From Rhabdothermincola salaria (GTDB lineage: Bacteria; Actinomycetota; Acidimicrobiia; Acidimicrobiales; Acidimicrobilacustridaceae), in NCBI RefSeq assembly GCF_021246445.1, contig NZ_JAJQXW010000001.1, forward strand, positions 1,258,168 to 1,322,167: 64,000 bases of DNA. The letters run 5' to 3'. Below, piece by piece: positions 36,769 to 46,754 of this stretch (position 1 is its first letter; each line of letters begins with the position of its first letter). The translations under genes were made by a program, and so were the position numbers. The notes beneath the pieces were generated by a model. It did no database searches. It saw only the letters and a program-made list of their open reading frames with translations, and was not told the origin of the DNA.

Positions 36769-38607
36769 TCAGGCGGTGACCCGGGTGTCCTCGACCGCGG
36801 TGCCGGCCGCCGCCGACGCCTGCCGGGCGTGGTAGCTGGACCGGGTGAGCGGGCTGGACTCCACGTGGGCCAGGCCCATCGACTCCCCTGCCCGTCGGTA
36901 CTCGTCGAACTGGGCGGGCGTCACCCACCGGTGCACGGGGAGGTGGTGCGACGTGGGCCGCAGGTACTGCCCGATGGTGACGATGTCGACACCGACCCCG
37001 GCGAGGTCGGCGAGGGTGGCCGCCACCTCGTCGTCGGTCTCGCCCATGCCGACCACGAGCCCCGACTTGGTGACCAGGCCGGCATCCTTGGCCCGAGCCA
37101 GCACCGACAGCGATCGGGCGTAGCCGGCGGAAGGACGGACCGCCCGCTGGAGGCGAGGGACGGTCTCGACGTTGTGGTTGAGCACCTCGGGCCGGCTGGC
37201 GAAGATGGTGTCGAGGGCGTCGCGGCGACCACGGCAGTCCGAGATCAGCACCTCGACCTGCACCCCCGGGGTGCGGGCGTGGATGGCCGCCACGGTGGCG
37301 GCCATGGCGGCGGCCCCCTCGTCGGGGAGGTCGTCGCGGGCGACCGTCGTGACCACGGCGAAGCCCAGCCCCATGCGGGCCACCGCCTCGGCCACCCGAT
37401 CGGGCTCGGTCGGGTCGAGGGGCTCGGGCCGGCGGGTGTCGACGAGGCAGAAGCCACAGGCTCGTGTGCAGCGCTCGCCGTTGATCATGAAGGTGGCGGT
37501 GCCGTCGTCGCCCCAGCACTCGGACCGGTTGGGGCACCCGGCTTCCTCGCACACGGTGACCAGGCCCAGGTCTCGCACGGTCTGCTCGAGGCGTCGCACC
37601 CCGGGCCCGAGCCGCACCGGGGCCCGCAGCCAGTCGGGCTTGCGGTCGCGCACGGCGAGACCACCGGCCACACCGGCCTCGGCCAGCCGCCCCCGGAGGC
37701 GCAGGGACGGACCGGCCACGGCGGTCTCGGGCGGGCCCTCGACGAGCGGAGGAGGCGCCACCGGCGCGGCCCCTGGCTCATCCGGGCCGTGGTCGGCCGC
37801 CCGACGGACGGGGGTGCCGGCGCCCTCGCCCCGGCTGAAGGGGGCCAGGTCGTCGTCGCCGGCCCGGGGGCTGCGCCACACCACGTCGGCCCGCTCCACC
37901 GGGCGGCCGTCGGGCGCCCATCGCGCGATGGCGTGCTGGGCCAGCACGTCGACGACCTCGGCCATCGACGCGTCGATGCCTTCCTCGGCCAGGCTGGTCA
38001 CGGCCTTGTCGGCGATGCCGCAGGGCACGATGTGACCGAACATCGCCATGTCGGGGGCCACGTTGAGGGCGAAGCCGTGCATCGAGCGGCCCCGTGTGAG
38101 GCGGACCCCGATGGCCGCGATCTTGCGGGGGGCGGAGCTGTTCGGCTCGACCCACACACCGGGGTAGTCGCGCAGGCGACCGACGTCGGTCAGCCCCAAC
38201 GAGGCGAGGGTGTCGATGACCAGCTGCTCGACCGAGCGCACGTAGGCGACGGTGTCGGCCATGCCTCCACCGCGCTTGCCCGGCACGGTGAGGATCGGAT
38301 AGCCGACCAACTGCCCGGGGCCGTGGTAGGTGACGTCGCCGCCCCGGTCGGTGGGCACGAGCTCGGCGCCGACCGACGCCGGATCGACCAGCACGTGCTC
38401 GGTGCTGGCGCTGGCCCCCAACGTGTAGACGTGCGGATGCTCCAACAGCAGCAGCCAGTCGTCACGACCGTGCGTGAACAGCCCGTGCTGGAGCGCGTGC
38501 GCCTCGTGGTAGGGCACCGTGCCCAACCAGCGCAGGCGAAGGGGACGCGACGACGCCCGCTCCCGCTGCTCGGTCGGACCGAGAGGGGGGAGCGGGACCG
38601 TGCTCAC
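36769..38607 (-). CDS. lipA: fused octanoyltransferase LipB - lipoyl synthase LipA
   Basis: LipB: EHPHVYTLG, DRGGDVTYHGPGQ, IVPCG; LipA: CEEAGCPNRSEC, CTRACGFC, RSSY; single frame. Confidence 0.93.
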   Translation of the reverse strand: MSTVPLPPLGPTEQRERASSRPLRLRWLGTVPYHEAHALQHGLFTHGRDDWLLLLEHPHVYTLGASASTEHVLVDPASVGAELVPTDRGGDVTYHGPGQLVGYPILTVPGKRGGGMADTVAYVRSVEQLVIDTLASLGLTDVGRLRDYPGVWVEPNSSAPRKIAAIGVRLTRGRSMHGFALNVAPDMAMFGHIVPCGIADKAVTSLAEEGIDASMAEVVDVLAQHAIARWAPDGRPVERADVVWRSPRAGDDDLAPFSRGEGAGTPVRRAADHGPDEPGAAPVAPPPLVEGPPETAVAGPSLRLRGRLAEAGVAGGLAVRDRKPDWLRAPVRLGPGVRRLEQTVRDLGLVTVCEEAGCPNRSECWGDDGTATFMINGERCTRACGFCLVDTRRPEPLDPTEPDRVAEAVARMGLGFAVVTTVARDDLPDEGAAAMAATVAAIHARTPGVQVEVLISDCRGRRDALDTIFASRPEVLNHNVETVPRLQRAVRPSAGYARSLSVLARAKDAGLVTKSGLVVGMGETDDEVAATLADLAGVGVDIVTIGQYLRPTSHHLPVHRWVTPAQFDEYRRAGESMGLAHVESSPLTRSSYHARQASAAAGTAVEDTRVTA

Positions 38608-38626
38608 GGCCGGGCGACCGCGCCGC

Positions 38627-40015
38627 TCACAGCTCGGCGTCCCAGTCGCGGGTCTCGAGGATCTCCTTGACCTCGCGCATGAACGAGGCGGCGTAGGCAC
38701 CGTCGAACGCCCGGTGGTCCCAGGCCAGGCCCAACAGGCCCACCGAGTGGATGGCGATGGACTCGCCCCCGTCGGCGTCGGTGACCACCACCGGCTTGCG
38801 GCTCACACCGTCCGTGCTCAGCACGGCGACCTGAGGCTGGCTGATCACCGGGAGCACGAGGTGGCTCCCGAACGACCCGGAGTTCGACAGCGTGAAGGTG
38901 CCGCCGGAGATGTCGTCCATGCTGAGCTTCTTGGACCGGGCCCGGCTGGCGAGGTCGTTGATGTCGCGGGCGATGGCCCGCAGGCGCTTGTCGTCGGCGC
39001 CCTGCACCACTGGCACCAACAGGCCCTGGAAGTCGAGATCGACGGCCACGCCGAGGTTGACGTAGTTGTGCACCACCAGCTCGCCGTCGCCCACCGAGGC
39101 GTTCATGTGCGGGTACTGGCGGAGGGCGTCGATCACGGCCCGGGAGATGAACGGCAGGTACGTGAGGCTGAACCCCTCGCCGGCCTTGAAGTCGCCACGG
39201 TGGCGACGCCGCACCCGCTCGACGTTCTCGTAGTCGACCTCCACGATGGTGTACGCGTGCGGGGAGGTGGCCTTGGACATGACCATGTGCTCACCGGTGC
39301 GACGCCGGATGTTGTTGAGCGGTTCGACCGTGTCGCCCGTGCCCGAACGAGGGGCGGGGGCCGGACGCCGAGCGCCTCCGGACTCGGTCGGGGCCGGGGA
39401 CGCCGCCGCGGGACGGGCCGGCGCGGCCGTGCTGGCCGCCCCCTCCCGGATGGCCCGGTCGACGTCGGCGCGGGTGATGCGACCGCCGGGGCCGGAGCCC
39501 TCGATGCGGGCCGGGTCGAGCCCGTAGTCGTTGATCAGGCGACGCACGATCGGTGACAGCAGACGTCCGGCGGTGGCCTCGGCCGGCGCCTCGGGCGCGG
39601 ATGCGGATTCGGAGGCGGCAGGAGCGGGGGCCGAGGCAGGGGTCGGTGCCGGCGCCTCGGGCTCGGGGGCCGGCTCCGGGGCCGGCGACTCCGCCGGCGC
39701 CTCGGGCTCGGGCGCCGCTTCGGGCTCCGGGGCGGTCTGCGTCTCGGGGGTGGCGGCCGCGGGGGCGCTGTCGGCCGCACCGGCGTCGCCGACGACGGCG
39801 ATGACCGTGCCCACGTCGACGGTGTCGCCCTCGGGGACCCGGATCTCGGTGAGGGTGCCGGTCACCGGCGACGGGACCTCCGAGTCGACCTTGTCGGTCG
39901 AGACCTCGAACAGCACCTCGTCCTCGGCGATCTGGTCGCCGATCTGCTTGAACCACTTCGTGATGGTGCCCTCGGTGACCGATTCACCGAGTTGGGGCAG
40001 CTGGATCTCGGCCAT
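38627..40015 (-). CDS. dihydrolipoamide acyltransferase (E2, DlaT/SucB-like), one lipoyl domain
   Basis: PQLGESVTEG, VSTDKVDSEV, GSGPGGRITRAD, DHRAFDG. Confidence 0.93.
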   Translation of the reverse strand: MAEIQLPQLGESVTEGTITKWFKQIGDQIAEDEVLFEVSTDKVDSEVPSPVTGTLTEIRVPEGDTVDVGTVIAVVGDAGAADSAPAAATPETQTAPEPEAAPEPEAPAESPAPEPAPEPEAPAPTPASAPAPAASESASAPEAPAEATAGRLLSPIVRRLINDYGLDPARIEGSGPGGRITRADVDRAIREGAASTAAPARPAAASPAPTESGGARRPAPAPRSGTGDTVEPLNNIRRRTGEHMVMSKATSPHAYTIVEVDYENVERVRRRHRGDFKAGEGFSLTYLPFISRAVIDALRQYPHMNASVGDGELVVHNYVNLGVAVDLDFQGLLVPVVQGADDKRLRAIARDINDLASRARSKKLSMDDISGGTFTLSNSGSFGSHLVLPVISQPQVAVLSTDGVSRKPVVVTDADGGESIAIHSVGLLGLAWDHRAFDGAYAASFMREVKEILETRDWDAEL

Positions 40016-40186
40016 GGGGCGGGGTTCCTCCGTCGATGGGGGGTGGGTTCCGGTCTCGGCGGGAGTGGTGGGACCGGGCGGCTGGGGGATGTGGGGGGCG
40101 GATGGTCGGGAGCGCCCGGTGACGAGGGCGAAGAGGGTGGCGGCGGCGCGGCCTAGGGCAGCCAGCAGGCGCACCACGTCAGCCCG

Positions 40187-41599
40187 TCACTCGTAGGAGC
40201 GACCGGTGAGCGTGAAGGCACCATGGCCGAAGACCTCGCTGAGGGTCGGATGGGGCTGGATGAACTGGGCGATCTCCTCGGCGGTGGCCTCCCAGTTCAC
40301 CGCCAGGTAGGCCTGCCCGAGCTGTTCGGTGACCCACGGGCCGACCATGTGCACGCCCAGGATGCGGCCGCCGGTGCCGTCGGACTGCTTCTCGGCGATG
40401 ACCTTCACCATGCCCTCGGCCTCGTCGAGGATGATGGCCCGGCCGTTGCCGCCGAAGCGTCGCTTGGACACCACCACGTCGTGGCCGGCCTCCTTGGCGC
40501 TGGCCTCGGTGTGGCCGACGAAGCTGACCTCGGGGTGGCAGTAGATGCACCACGGCACGCGCCCGTAGTCGACGGGCACGGGGTCCTCGCCGAGGATGTC
40601 CTGGATGGCGAGGACGCCTTCGGCGAAGCCGACGTGGGCCAGGGCGGGCGTGGCGATGACGTCGCCGATGGCGTAGACGCCGGCTTCGCCGGTGCGGCAC
40701 CACTCGTCGACCTCGATGTGCCCGCGGTCGGAGACCTTCACCGCGGTGCCGTCGAGACCGAGGTTCTCCGACAGCGGGCGGCGGCCGACGGACACGACGA
40801 CCATCTCGACGTCGATGGTCTCGTCGTCGCCGAAGCGGACCTTGGTACCGCCGTCGTGGTCGTGGGGCTCGTGGCCGGTGACCGCCACACCCGTGCGCAC
40901 GTCGATGCCCTGCTTCTTGAACGACTGGAGCACGACCCGGGTGATGTCGTCGTCGAGGCCGGGGAGGATCTTGGGCAGGGCCTCGAGGATGGTGACGTCG
41001 GTGCCGAGGTCGCTCATCATGGAGGCGAACTCGCAACCGATGGCCCCGCCGCCGATCACCACGGCCGACGCCGGGAGCCGCTCGAGGGAGAGCAACTCGT
41101 CGGACGTCACCACCCGCTGGCCGTCGACCTCGAAGCCGGGGATGGTGCGCGGCACCGAGCCCGACGCCAGGATGACGTGGTCACCTGTGAGCTCGACATC
41201 GCCGGACGAGCCCCCGGACACCCGCACCAGGTGGTCGCCGTGGAGCGTGCCGGTGCCGTCGAGCACGGTGACCTTGCGGGACTTGAGCAGGCCCGACAAC
41301 CCACCGAAGAGCTTGTCGATGACCTCTTGCTTGCGCTGCTGGGTGACGGAGAAGTCGAGGGAGGGTTCGCCGGCGGTGATGCCGAAGGTGGAAGCCCCCA
41401 CCACGGCGCGGTGCACGGCGGCGGTCTCGAGCAGCTCCTTGGCCGGGATGCAGCCGACGTGCAGGCACGTGCCGCCGACCTTGTACTTCTCGACCAGGGC
41501 GACGTCGAGCCCGGCTGACGCGCCGTACAGGGCTGCGGCGTAGCCACCGGGGCCGCCACCGATGATGACGACGTCGTAGTTCTCGGCCGTGGGGACCAC
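40187..41599 (-). CDS. lpdA: dihydrolipoyl dehydrogenase (E3)
   Basis: GGGPGGY, GGTCLHVGCIPAK, GGGAIGCE, PHPTLSE. Confidence 0.95.
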   Translation of the reverse strand: MVPTAENYDVVIIGGGPGGYAAALYGASAGLDVALVEKYKVGGTCLHVGCIPAKELLETAAVHRAVVGASTFGITAGEPSLDFSVTQQRKQEVIDKLFGGLSGLLKSRKVTVLDGTGTLHGDHLVRVSGGSSGDVELTGDHVILASGSVPRTIPGFEVDGQRVVTSDELLSLERLPASAVVIGGGAIGCEFASMMSDLGTDVTILEALPKILPGLDDDITRVVLQSFKKQGIDVRTGVAVTGHEPHDHDGGTKVRFGDDETIDVEMVVVSVGRRPLSENLGLDGTAVKVSDRGHIEVDEWCRTGEAGVYAIGDVIATPALAHVGFAEGVLAIQDILGEDPVPVDYGRVPWCIYCHPEVSFVGHTEASAKEAGHDVVVSKRRFGGNGRAIILDEAEGMVKVIAEKQSDGTGGRILGVHMVGPWVTEQLGQAYLAVNWEATAEEIAQFIQPHPTLSEVFGHGAFTLTGRSYE

Positions 41600-41702
41600 C
41601 TCCTCGGGGTATCGGTCGGAGCCTACCCAGGCCAGAGGGCGGCGCCGACCGGGCCCGCACGCCGACCCCCGGCACCGACCGACGGGATCGGCCCGGTCGG
41701 TC

Positions 41703-42614
41703 CTATTGCTGCTGCAGCGCCGAGGTGGGGCGCCCGGCGGCGGCGGGGAGGCGACGGATCTCGACGTGGGGTTCGACCGTGGCCCGGGTGTTCCCCGAGA
41801 AGATGCCCCGCAGTGGCTGCACGTCGTCGTAGTCGCGGCCGTGGCCGATCTTGACGTGCCGGGGCCCGACGGGCTGCTGGTTGGTCGGGTCGAGGCCGAG
41901 CCACCCCACACCGGGGACCGCGGCCTCGAACCAGGCGTGGGTCTGGACCGACACGACGTCGTCGTCGCCGTCCTCGGAGGGGTCGAGGTTGGTCGTCTCG
42001 TCGCGGGTGAACAGGTACCCCGACACGTAGCGCGCCGGGATGCCCTGGCTGCGACAGAGGGCCACCGCGAGGTGGGCGAAGTCCTGGCACACGCCGTGCC
42101 CGTGGGCCAGCACGTCCTCCACCGACACGCCGATCTCGGTGGAGCCGGGCGTGTAGCGCAACGAGGTGCCGACGAAGCGGTGCATGGCCAACACCATGCC
42201 GACGGTGTCGGGACCCACGAGCGCGGCCTGGGTGGTCGCCGCCTGTCGCACCCCTTCGTCCCACTCGGCGTGCGGCGACGGGGCCAGGTACTCGGCGTGC
42301 TCGTCGCGGAAGGCAGGGGCGTCGAGGGCGGCACGGTGGCTGGCGGAGCTGAACAACGGCCTCGGCAGCGTCTCCACGGTGGCCTCGGCCACGACCTCCA
42401 TCGCCACGTGGGGGGACCGCAACCCGAAGGCGTCGACCCTGGTCCCCCAGTAGTCGACGAAGGAGGAGACCTTGGCCGAGGGGAAGGTGGTGACCCGATA
42501 GCTGACGAGCTGTTGGTGCTCGTCGGTGATGGGGCAGGCCCGCAGCTCGTTCTGGGACTCGCGCACCAGGGCGTCGTAGGTGAAGCTCGTGCGGTAGCGG
42601 ATGTCGAGCCTCAT
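41703..42614 (-). CDS. bacterial transglutaminase-family protein
   Basis: GVCQDFAH, ARYVSGY, THAW, LDPTN, GRDY.DV.P; Gln tail. Confidence 0.92.
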   Translation of the reverse strand: MRLDIRYRTSFTYDALVRESQNELRACPITDEHQQLVSYRVTTFPSAKVSSFVDYWGTRVDAFGLRSPHVAMEVVAEATVETLPRPLFSSASHRAALDAPAFRDEHAEYLAPSPHAEWDEGVRQAATTQAALVGPDTVGMVLAMHRFVGTSLRYTPGSTEIGVSVEDVLAHGHGVCQDFAHLAVALCRSQGIPARYVSGYLFTRDETTNLDPSEDGDDDVVSVQTHAWFEAAVPGVGWLGLDPTNQQPVGPRHVKIGHGRDYDDVQPLRGIFSGNTRATVEPHVEIRRLPAAAGRPTSALQQQ

Positions 42615-43585
42615 GACGCCCACTGCTCGCCGGGGAGCACCTTCAGGGTGTGCATGTCGAACTCGTGGCTGTTGGTGAAGTACTGCAGGCCCACCGCGGT
42701 GCCGACCTGGGCGATGGCCGCCTCCACCCGGATCAGCTCCGCCGAGAGGTCTCCCGCCATCAGCTCGCCGACCTCGGCGTACTCGAGGTCGGCTCGGAGC
42801 CGGCCGAGCAGGCGCAGCGGGCGAGAGAGCTCGCCGTGGGGCGGCGACAGCAGCGTGAGGCTCTCCTCCGCGGTGCGCACCGCGTGCAGCACCGACCGGG
42901 GGAAGGTCCGCGACAACAACAGGAAGGCCACCACGTCGGCGGGGGCCATGGAGGCCCGATGGGTGCGGCGGTACGCCTCGAGGGCCGAGGCCGAGCGCAG
43001 CGTGCCCACCCACTCGTGGAAGCCCGCCGAGGCCAGCTGACCCTGCCGGACGCGCAGCAACCGGCAGGCCCACGCCGCCCGCTCGAGGTGCCAGCCGAGC
43101 TCGAGGAAGCGCCACCCCTCGTCGCGGGTCATGGTCTCGTGAGCCATGCCGGCGACCGCCTGGCACTCGCGTCGCACGAAGCCGTAGAGCTCGTGGGGCT
43201 GGAACTCGAGGTCGAGCTTGAGGTTGCGCCCCCGCAGCTGCAGACAGAACGAGTTGATGGCGCCCCACAGCTCGGTGGAGAGCCAGCCCCGCACCGTCCG
43301 GGCGTTCTCACGGGCCTGTTCGACGCTGGCCAGGATCGAGCCCCGGTTGTCGCGATCGACCACCAGGAACTCCGAGACCATGGCCGCCGTGAGGGGGCGC
43401 TCGGTCTCGTCGAACGTGCCCCGCAGGCCCACGGCCGCGAGCACACCGCCCCACGCCGCCCGCTCCTCGGCGGCGGTCGTCTCGAGCAGCCCGTGGTAGG
43501 TGACGTCGAGCAGCCGGGCGGTGTCCTCCGCCCGCTCGAGGTAGCGGCCGATCCAGAACAGGCTCTCGGCGTCGCGTGCCAGCAT
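42611..43585 (-). CDS. alpha-E domain protein
   Basis: FWIGRYLERAE, ARENAR, LGWHLERA, FPRSV. Confidence 0.92.
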   Translation of the reverse strand: MLARDAESLFWIGRYLERAEDTARLLDVTYHGLLETTAAEERAAWGGVLAAVGLRGTFDETERPLTAAMVSEFLVVDRDNRGSILASVEQARENARTVRGWLSTELWGAINSFCLQLRGRNLKLDLEFQPHELYGFVRRECQAVAGMAHETMTRDEGWRFLELGWHLERAAWACRLLRVRQGQLASAGFHEWVGTLRSASALEAYRRTHRASMAPADVVAFLLLSRTFPRSVLHAVRTAEESLTLLSPPHGELSRPLRLLGRLRADLEYAEVGELMAGDLSAELIRVEAAIAQVGTAVGLQYFTNSHEFDMHTLKVLPGEQWAS

Positions 43586-45135
43586 CAGCGCACCGCTTCG
43601 ATCGTTGCGTCGCTCCGGGCCCCCGAGAGGCCCGAGCCCTCGGCCGCCTCGGCCAGCTCGGCTTCCTCGGCGGCCACCTCGGCGGCGGTGCGCGCCAGCA
43701 CCCAGGTGTCCTTGGAGCCACCTCCCTGCGAGGAGTTCACCACCAGCGAGCCGGCCTTCATCGCCACCCGGGTGAGGCCGCCCGGGATGACCTCGACGGT
43801 GTCGCTGGTGACCACGAAGGGCCGCAGGTCGACGTGGCGGCCCTCGAGGTGGTCGCCGACGAGCGTGGGGTGCCGGGACAGCGAGACCACCTCCTGGGCG
43901 ATCCACCCCCGGGGGTCGGCCAGGATCGCGTCTCGACAGGCCGCCAACTCGGCATCGGTGGCGGCCGGGCCGATGGTGATGCCGTAGCCGCCGGCCTCGG
44001 CGACCGGCTTGATCACCAGCTGGTCGAGGCGTTCGAGAACGGCCGCGCGTTGCTCGGGGTCCCAGAGCAGGTAGGTCTCGACGTTGGGCAGGATGGGCTC
44101 CTCCCCCAGGTAGAAGCGGATCATCTCCGGCACGTAGGGGTACACCGCCTTGTCGTCGGCGACGCCGTTGCCGATGGCGTTGGTCACGGTGACGTTGCCG
44201 GCCCGCACGGCCGCCAGCAGGCCCGGGACGCCGAGGGTCGAGTCGTGGCGGAAGACGACGGGGTCGAGGAAGCTGTCGTCGATGCGGCGGTAGATGACGT
44301 CGACGCGCTGCAGGCCCTGGGTCGTGCGCATGTAGACGACGTGGTCGTCGACGACGAGGTCGCGGCCCTCGATGAGCTCCACCCCCATGTGGGCGGCGAG
44401 GAACACGTGCTCGAAGTAGGCCGAGTTGTAGACGCCGGGGGTGAGCACCACGATCGTCGGGTTCTCGCCGGCGGCCGGCGGCGCCACCCGGGTGAGCGCG
44501 CCGAGCAACGACCGCCCGTAGTGGTCCACCGGGCGGACGGGCGTGTTGGCGAACACGTGAGGCAACAGGCGGGTCATGGCCACCCGGTTCTCGACCACGT
44601 AGGAGATGCCGCTGGGGCTGCGCAGGTTGTCCTCGAGCACCCGGTACGTGCCCTCTGCGTCCCGCACGAGGTCGCTGCCCGCCACCAGCACCCGGGCGCC
44701 CAGCGGCACCGGCACCCCGAACGCCTCACGGGCGAAGCCGTCGGAGCTCGACAGCAGCCACCAGGGGATGATCCCGTCTCGCACGATGGCCCGGTCGCCC
44801 ACGTAGAGGTCGTCGAGGAAGCGGTTGAGGGCGGTCACCCGCTGGGCCAGGCCGTCCTCGACCACCGCCCACTCGTCGGCCGGGACCACGCGGGGCAGCA
44901 GGTCCATGGGGAAGGTCCGCTCGATACCCTCGCCCTCCCCGTACACGGTGAACGTGATGCCCTGGCTGCGGAAGGCGGCGTCGCGCCGCAGCTCGCGCCG
45001 GGCCAGGTCGTCGGCGTCGAACCGCGACAACCGCTCGACCAGAGCGCCGTAGTGGTCGCGCACCTCACCGTCCGGGGTGAAGACCTCGTCGAAGAACCCC
45101 TCGGTTCGGTACTCGCGGAACAGATCGCCTACCAC
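43585..45135 (-). CDS. circularly permuted type-2 ATP-grasp peptide ligase
   Basis: GITFTVY, LEDNLRSPSG, YRRIDD, GVADDK, GGLTRVA, NSSQGGGSKDTW. Confidence 0.94.
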   Translation of the reverse strand: MVGDLFREYRTEGFFDEVFTPDGEVRDHYGALVERLSRFDADDLARRELRRDAAFRSQGITFTVYGEGEGIERTFPMDLLPRVVPADEWAVVEDGLAQRVTALNRFLDDLYVGDRAIVRDGIIPWWLLSSSDGFAREAFGVPVPLGARVLVAGSDLVRDAEGTYRVLEDNLRSPSGISYVVENRVAMTRLLPHVFANTPVRPVDHYGRSLLGALTRVAPPAAGENPTIVVLTPGVYNSAYFEHVFLAAHMGVELIEGRDLVVDDHVVYMRTTQGLQRVDVIYRRIDDSFLDPVVFRHDSTLGVPGLLAAVRAGNVTVTNAIGNGVADDKAVYPYVPEMIRFYLGEEPILPNVETYLLWDPEQRAAVLERLDQLVIKPVAEAGGYGITIGPAATDAELAACRDAILADPRGWIAQEVVSLSRHPTLVGDHLEGRHVDLRPFVVTSDTVEVIPGGLTRVAMKAGSLVVNSSQGGGSKDTWVLARTAAEVAAEEAELAEAAEGSGLSGARSDATIEAVR

Positions 45136-45185
45136 GACGTCACCGTAGCCACCGTCGCCTGTCCCGGCGGACCCTCGACGCGCAC

Positions 45186-45202
45186 GTTCACGAGTCGTTC
45201 AC
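45186..45202 (-). promoter_or_regulatory. 11-bp-periodic direct repeat GTTCAC-n5-GTTCAC (plus-strand reading), candidate OmpR-family box
   Basis: perfect hexamer repeat 51-67 nt upstream of the ATP-grasp GTG; -10-like TACGGT at 45142-45147. Confidence 0.5.
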
Positions 45203-45234
45203 ACGCAGACGGCGCGCCGATCGCCATGCCGGGC

Positions 45235-45780
45235 TCAGCTCAGCGCGTCGAGCAGCTCCTGCTTGGTCATCCCCGAGCGTCCCTCGATGTCTCGCGCCCG
45301 GGCTCGCTCGTAGAGCTCGTCTCGGGTGAGTCCGGAGAGATCGTCCGCGTCCTCACGGTCCGGTGAGGCGACGATCACGGCGTAGCTGCCGATGCCGAGC
45401 AGGCGGTTGCCCTGCACGTCGTCGTCGGGGAGCAGGAGGCGTCGGATCTCGCCGGTCTCGGCGTCGAAACTCACGTCGGCGACCTTCCCCAGCGCCACAC
45501 CGTCCTCGGTGAGGACGCGCCGTCCGAGCGGGTCGCTGCGACCCTGCACGGCGGCCTCCTCGGCATCGGTGGACGGCTCCCGGACGAGGTCTCGCGAACT
45601 GATGGTGACGGCGTCGCGGCCCACCCCTCCGGAGTCGTCCCAGCCGATGACACCGGCGCCGGTGACCACACCGACGCACCGGGAGGAGTCGACGTCGACG
45701 ACGATGCCGTCGACCGATCCGACCTTCGACGCATCCGACGTGTCGATCACGTCGATGCCCAACGTTCGTCGCCAGCGCAT
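45235..45780 (-). CDS. tandem PRC-barrel protein with C-terminal Rho_N-like helix pair
   Basis: two PRC-like units (KVGSVDGIVVD, LGKVADVSFD); TRDELYERAR..DIEGRSGMTKQEL. Confidence 0.75.
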   Translation of the reverse strand: MRWRRTLGIDVIDTSDASKVGSVDGIVVDVDSSRCVGVVTGAGVIGWDDSGGVGRDAVTISSRDLVREPSTDAEEAAVQGRSDPLGRRVLTEDGVALGKVADVSFDAETGEIRRLLLPDDDVQGNRLLGIGSYAVIVASPDREDADDLSGLTRDELYERARARDIEGRSGMTKQELLDALS

Positions 45781-46343
45781 CAGGCGTCCTCCCCCAACTG
45801 GTTGCGGAACTCCTCGACGGCCGACCCGAACCCGGCCAGGTCGTCACGGATGTACGAGGTGGCCCCGTCCGGGACGATCACACGCGCCCCCGACACGGCC
45901 AGGGTGTCGGGCAACGGCAGGAACACGTGCCGGTCGCCGCCGCCGGAGAACTCCTCGGCGGGCTCGATCTCGAAGCCGACCACGTCGGCTTGGGCCCGGC
46001 CCACCTGCACGATGGCCTCGACCACCTCCCCGATCACCGACCCGGACTCGGTGAGCACCTCTGCGCCGAGGACGTCGCCCCGTCCTCCGTCGAGGTCGGC
46101 CCCCGGGCCGAACACGTCCTCGTCGGCGACCACGACAGCATCGGGTCCGAGGCCGTGCACGCCCTTCCACAACAAGACGTCACCCACCGGGCCACCCAGG
46201 AACCCGTGCTTGCGCAGGGTGAAGCCGAGGATCTCTCCCGAGTCGGGACCGAAGACGACGTCCTTCACCTCGAGGGGGGACTCGCCCGACAAGGTCACCA
46301 CCGGGGTACCGGTCAGCGTGCCCGCCCGCAACAAGCGACTCAC
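45780..46343 (-). CDS. tandem PRC-barrel protein
   Basis: GTPVVTLSGE..EVKDVVF and GAEVLTESG..IGEVVE units. Confidence 0.75.
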   Translation of the reverse strand: MSRLLRAGTLTGTPVVTLSGESPLEVKDVVFGPDSGEILGFTLRKHGFLGGPVGDVLLWKGVHGLGPDAVVVADEDVFGPGADLDGGRGDVLGAEVLTESGSVIGEVVEAIVQVGRAQADVVGFEIEPAEEFSGGGDRHVFLPLPDTLAVSGARVIVPDGATSYIRDDLAGFGSAVEEFRNQLGEDA

Positions 46344-46471
46344 GAGCCGCCTCCCTCGTCCCCTGACACGACGACGCCACCCTTGCGGCGTCGCTGCTGC
46401 ACCAGCACCAGGGCGACGACGATCGCCACGAGCACCACCACAGCGATGGCGATGATCACCAACGGATCCAC
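46340..46471 (-). CDS. small single-TM protein (43 aa)
   Basis: GAAAGGA SD, GTG start, hydrophobic run then QQRRRK; GTGA overlap with downstream gene. Confidence 0.65.
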   Translation of the reverse strand: MDPLVIIAIAVVVLVAIVVALVLVQQRRRKGGVVVSGDEGGGS

Positions 46472-46598
46472 GAGTGCGTCCTTTCGATCGGTGACGGGCC
46501 AGCGGCGCACCTGATGCGCCGCGCGACCCCGCTTCACTCGTATCCGCCGACCACCCGATCCAGACCTCGGCCCCGTCGTGCCCCGGACCGACGGCCCG

Positions 46599-46688
46599 CT
46601 ACCGGGCGATGAAGAGCTGGAGCGCGAACGCGCCCAGGATGGCCAGGCCGCAGGCGAGGGACAGCAGGATCAGCTTCCGGGTGCTCAT
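46599..46688 (-). CDS. small membrane peptide MSTRKLILLSLACGLAILGAFALQLFIAR (29 aa), absent from ORF track
   Basis: ATG..TAG, all internal codons G/C-ending, TAGGCT -10-like hexamer 9 nt upstream. Confidence 0.6.
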   Translation of the reverse strand: MSTRKLILLSLACGLAILGAFALQLFIAR

Positions 46689-46754
46689 CGACCGTGGAGC
46701 CTACCGGGCGGCCCCGTCGGGCATACCAGCGCGCCGACGGCGGTTGTGCCTGGC

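Noticed and set aside
40016..40177. 54-codon N-terminal extension of E2
   Set aside because: The lipoyl domain starts at MAEIQLP after a GAGGA SD, so the extension is probably intergenic sequence
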